Shown piece after piece: positions 36,047-37,085 of a stretch of 37,085 bases of DNA. Made by a program: the position numbers and the translations under genes. Each line of letters starts with the position of its first letter. Within the stretch, counting starts at the first letter, position 1. The notes beneath the pieces were generated by a model that saw only the letters and a list, made by a program, of their open reading frames with translations, was not told the origin of the DNA and did no database searches. Source of the stretch: Chromatiales bacterium (GTDB taxonomy: Bacteria > Pseudomonadota > Gammaproteobacteria > SZUA-152); NCBI GenBank assembly GCA_026999335.1, contig JALTPW010000085.1, positions 1 to 37,085 on the forward strand, read 5' to 3'.

Positions 36047-36460
36047 ATGCCACATTCCTATAAAAAACTCTTTGGCCTGGCAAAAGAGCTGGGTATGTCT
36101 CAGGACGATTTAAGAGCAGGAGCCGCGTCATATACTGGCGTGGCTTCTTTACGTAGTTTGAATAGGGAGCAGTTGCGCAACTACGAAAAAAAACTCGCAT
36201 CAATTGCCCGTGGCAATTGGCGCCGGCAGCGGGAAAATATCAAAAAGGGATTTAAGCCGCATGAGACCCTCGGCGTGGAACAATACGAATTCGTTCTTGA
36301 TCTTGTCACAACGATTTTTTCAGATATTGCTGCATTCCGTGCCTGGCTTCGGCGTTATTATAAAAGAAGCCACGAGAGTTTTGTCGACGTAGATGAAATG
36401 AGGGGGATCATAGTCGCAATGGAAGAAATGAGGGCCAGAGGATACAAATGCAAAAAATAG
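36047..36460 (+). CDS. gemA: GemA-like protein (Mu gp16 / DUF1018)
   Basis: YKKLFGLAKELGMSQDDLRAGAASYTGVASLRSLNREQLRNYEKKL resembles the GemA N-terminus (iH.ak..LglddD.YR..l....G..S...L...el..v). It lies late in the early arm, as in Mu. Confidence 0.55.
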   Translation: MPHSYKKLFGLAKELGMSQDDLRAGAASYTGVASLRSLNREQLRNYEKKLASIARGNWRRQRENIKKGFKPHETLGVEQYEFVLDLVTTIFSDIAAFRAWLRRYYKRSHESFVDVDEMRGIIVAMEEMRARGYKCKK

Positions 36461-36942
36461 TTATTCCAGGGCGCTTCAGGCAGGAAAGAGTCCTCGAAAA
36501 CGGAGAAATTATCGATGCCCGATTTGTCCAGGGCATAGACCCGTTTTTTCGCTATAGCTCAGCAGATGTGGCAAAATTCTTTACTATCAGCTTGGAAAGT
36601 GTTTCAAAACTTTGCGAGCGCAAAAATGCCCCCAAAAAGCTCGATTCGAGGCACTGGCAGGACATCAAAAAGGACAGAACCTATACCAGCCAGGAAGTTG
36701 CAAATCTCTTCAACTGCAGCCGTAACCTTATATATAAACTTCGTTTCTCTGGCCATTTCGAGCAAATCCGCATCAGAAATACATGGCGTATCCCCGGCTG
36801 GAGCCTTATCGACTATATCCAAGAAAATGCCGCCGGTGTCCCCTCAGATAACCGCCTCGATTTCCTCTCAGTCGGGAAATTGCTCCGTATCCCAGGCTGG
36901 AGCCTCATCGACTATATCGAAAAAAACTGCACCACTCTGTAA
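36448..36942 (+). CDS. Tandem excisionase-type (HTH_17) DNA-binding protein; Mor-like middle/late activator candidate
   Basis: YTSQEVANLFNCSRNLIYKLRFSGHFEQIRIRNTWRIPGWSLIDYIQEN is a typical excisionase-family HTH, with a weaker copy upstream (SSADVAKFFTISLESVSKL). It is the last gene before the right end and follows the GemA-like gene, where mor lies in Mu. Confidence 0.5.
   Translation: MQKIVIPGRFRQERVLENGEIIDARFVQGIDPFFRYSSADVAKFFTISLESVSKLCERKNAPKKLDSRHWQDIKKDRTYTSQEVANLFNCSRNLIYKLRFSGHFEQIRIRNTWRIPGWSLIDYIQENAAGVPSDNRLDFLSVGKLLRIPGWSLIDYIEKNCTTL
36787..36930 (+). repeat. In-frame 99-bp-spaced direct repeat inside the last early gene
   Basis: cgtatccccggctggagccttatcgactatatccaagaaaatgc (36787..36830) matches cgtatcccaggctggagcctcatcgactatatcgaaaaaaactgc (36886..36930). 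Both encode RIPGWSLIDYI(Q/E)(E/K)N. Confidence 0.7.
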
Positions 36943-37018
36943 AAATCACCCCTTTAAAATTTTCAAAGTTTTTTTTAAATAGTCAAAAACCCTGTCACCA
37001 AAACGCCGCTGAAAAGTT

Positions 37019-37074
37019 ATGTCTTTTTACTTTTTTGCTGTGTTATTGTGTTTTCTCCCCTATATTATTGTGCA
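37019..37074 (-). repeat. Right terminal inverted repeat (putative transposase-binding end, ends ...TGCA)
   Basis: The reverse complement is tgcacaataatataggggagaaaacacaataacacagcaaaaaagtaaaaagacat. It has the same block structure as 182..237. Confidence 0.55.
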
Positions 37075-37085
37075 CTGTTTTAGGT

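Larger units (their letters stand above)
182..37074. mobile_element. Mu-like transposable prophage with divergent early (rightward) and late (leftward) arms
   Basis: Has a DDE transposase plus an AAA+ MuB-like ATPase, GemA-like and DUF3164-like early genes, a CI-type repressor facing a Cro/Ner-like gene, and a full head/tail module. No tyrosine or serine integrase was seen. Imperfect 56-bp inverted repeats lie at 182..237 and 37019..37074. Exact termini are uncertain because no target-site duplication is visible. Confidence 0.6.

Noticed and set aside
36941-37018. Direct-repeat att-like similarity between 231..260 (tagtcaaagttttttt) and 36961..36990 (caaagtttttttt, tagtcaaaaac)
   Set aside because: The shared words are short, low-complexity A/T runs in shuffled order. 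The inverted-repeat relationship of the ends is much stronger, and there is no integrase to use an att site.
177-37079. 5-bp target-site duplication flanking the inferred ends
   Set aside because: The flanks agccg (177..181) and ctgtt (37075..37079) differ, and shifting the ends by 1-3 nt did not produce a match. No duplication is claimed, and the end coordinates are approximate.

Overview
Nearly the whole window appears to be one Mu-like transposable prophage of about 36.9 kb (about 182..37074). It is bounded by imperfect 56-bp terminal inverted repeats, each carrying two (A/G)CACAATAA 9-mers about 23 bp apart. Gene order is divergent around an immunity switch at about 26.8 kb.

The rightward early arm (26891..36942) encodes a Cro/Ner-like HTH, small ORFans, a DUF3102-like protein, a DDE (MuA-type) transposase and a MuB-like AAA+ ATPase. 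It also encodes a CsrA-like protein, a DUF3164-like protein, an ASCH protein, a GemA-like protein and a tandem excisionase-type HTH protein (a Mor-like candidate).

The leftward arm starts with a CI-type repressor, followed by an AT-rich two-gene cassette: TcmP plus a three-Cys DUF5131/Gp37-Gp68-like protein. A terminator separates the cassette from a tightly coupled late operon. That operon runs: small and GpA-type large terminase, portal fused to a MuF-like domain, prohead protease/scaffold, decoration-like protein, major capsid, connector proteins, tail tube, G/T chaperones, TP901-type tape measure, a 1249-aa tail-tip protein and a pectate-lyase-fold tailspike.

Positions 1..~180 look like the 3' part of a host gene for a T9SS C-terminal sorting domain. 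This suggests an FCB-group-like host and insertion into that gene.

The best candidate for an uncharacterised system is the TcmP/DUF5131 cassette. Other points of interest:
- a palindrome family and a partial duplication at the 3' end of the repressor gene
- Sec-type signal peptides on several late proteins
- a lipoprotein-like moron between the portal and protease genes
- a phage CsrA-like gene

I saw no rRNA, tRNA, CRISPR array or integrase. All family assignments come from motif recognition by eye and need HMM or structure confirmation.
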